Source: Chrysomallon squamiferum (taxonomy: Eukaryota > Animalia > Mollusca). Taken from it: a DNA stretch of 64,000 bases. The notes under the pieces are model-generated. The model made no database searches and was not told where the DNA came from. It worked only from the letters and a program-made list of their open reading frames with translations. Numbering within the stretch: position 1 is the stretch's first letter; every line of letters starts with the position of its first letter. A program made the position numbers and the translations under genes. The stretch lies in assembly GCA_012295275.1 (NCBI GenBank), contig CM022669.1, forward strand, positions 1,984,001 to 2,048,000, in the 5' to 3' direction. Of this stretch, positions 63,353-64,000 are shown piece by piece.

Positions 63353-64000
63353 CGTAACGAACATGAAAGCGATATTAGCCTAACTGCCTTGACTTGTCCG
63401 GTTTTGTTTTCTTTGCGGTATTTATTTATCTTTGTCTAATTGCATATTTCATGTTATTTATGAAACTATCGAACACTAACTGGTTAGGGAGGCATCAGAC
63501 ATATAAGTCACAGTTTGTTTGATCCGTTTGATATAATGTTTACCTTATCCAGAGAACATACAAATTATAATTTCACAGATGTATCTGGTTCGTAATCCGA
63601 TTCAGTGTGATATCATAATTATTTTATAATTTTGTCCATATTTTTAGCTGTATTTATTAATTTCCTACTTCGAGAATGAACTAAAAGTGTGGTATCTGTT
63701 ATTTGTGATATTTTATTTTCTGCCATGTGCGTGCCTGTAGTGGTAAACAATTTATTTCGATGATTATTTTAAAGATTTGAGTTCTACTGGTCACTCACTA
63801 TGAGCGGAAAAACAAGGTCAAATTTCAGTTTAAATACAAAACGATTTATACCAAGATACCACTTTATCTGTCAGCTGAAGAATAATATATCTGCATGTCA
63901 TAAACATCGCCTACGCTAGCAGAACAGTGGATTAGGTCACAAAACAGGGGTGGATCCAGAGAAGGCTGGAGGCGATCCAAATCATCTTTATTATTATTAT

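Overview
AT-rich, microsatellite-rich animal genomic DNA with GT-AG introns, most likely a gastropod mollusc (inferred from gene content and a recalled SINE family). Five spliced protein-coding genes can be built by hand with consistent splice phases. (1) On the minus strand, a MALT1-type paracaspase (death domain, three Ig domains, intact caspase-like domain) with 16 coding exons, running off the left edge; a 1.6-kb pentamer-derived 30-bp minisatellite sits just upstream. (2) A two-coding-exon rhodopsin-class peptide GPCR of the vasopressin/oxytocin-GnRH-CCAP superfamily with atypical DRH, CGLP and NPFVF motifs. (3-5) A tandem plus-strand cluster of three secreted VWA-only proteins (421, 439 and 626 aa). 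Their signal peptides are split over micro-exons and each ends in a MIDAS-less VWA domain. The cluster also shows a conserved furin-like site (genes A and B), shared DR1 promoter elements (A and B) and five perfect CRE palindromes. Mobile DNA includes a hAT-like MITE nested in a deleted FLYWCH/Mutator-like element, degraded SINEs and a probable LINE remnant. All models are manual and have no transcript or database support.
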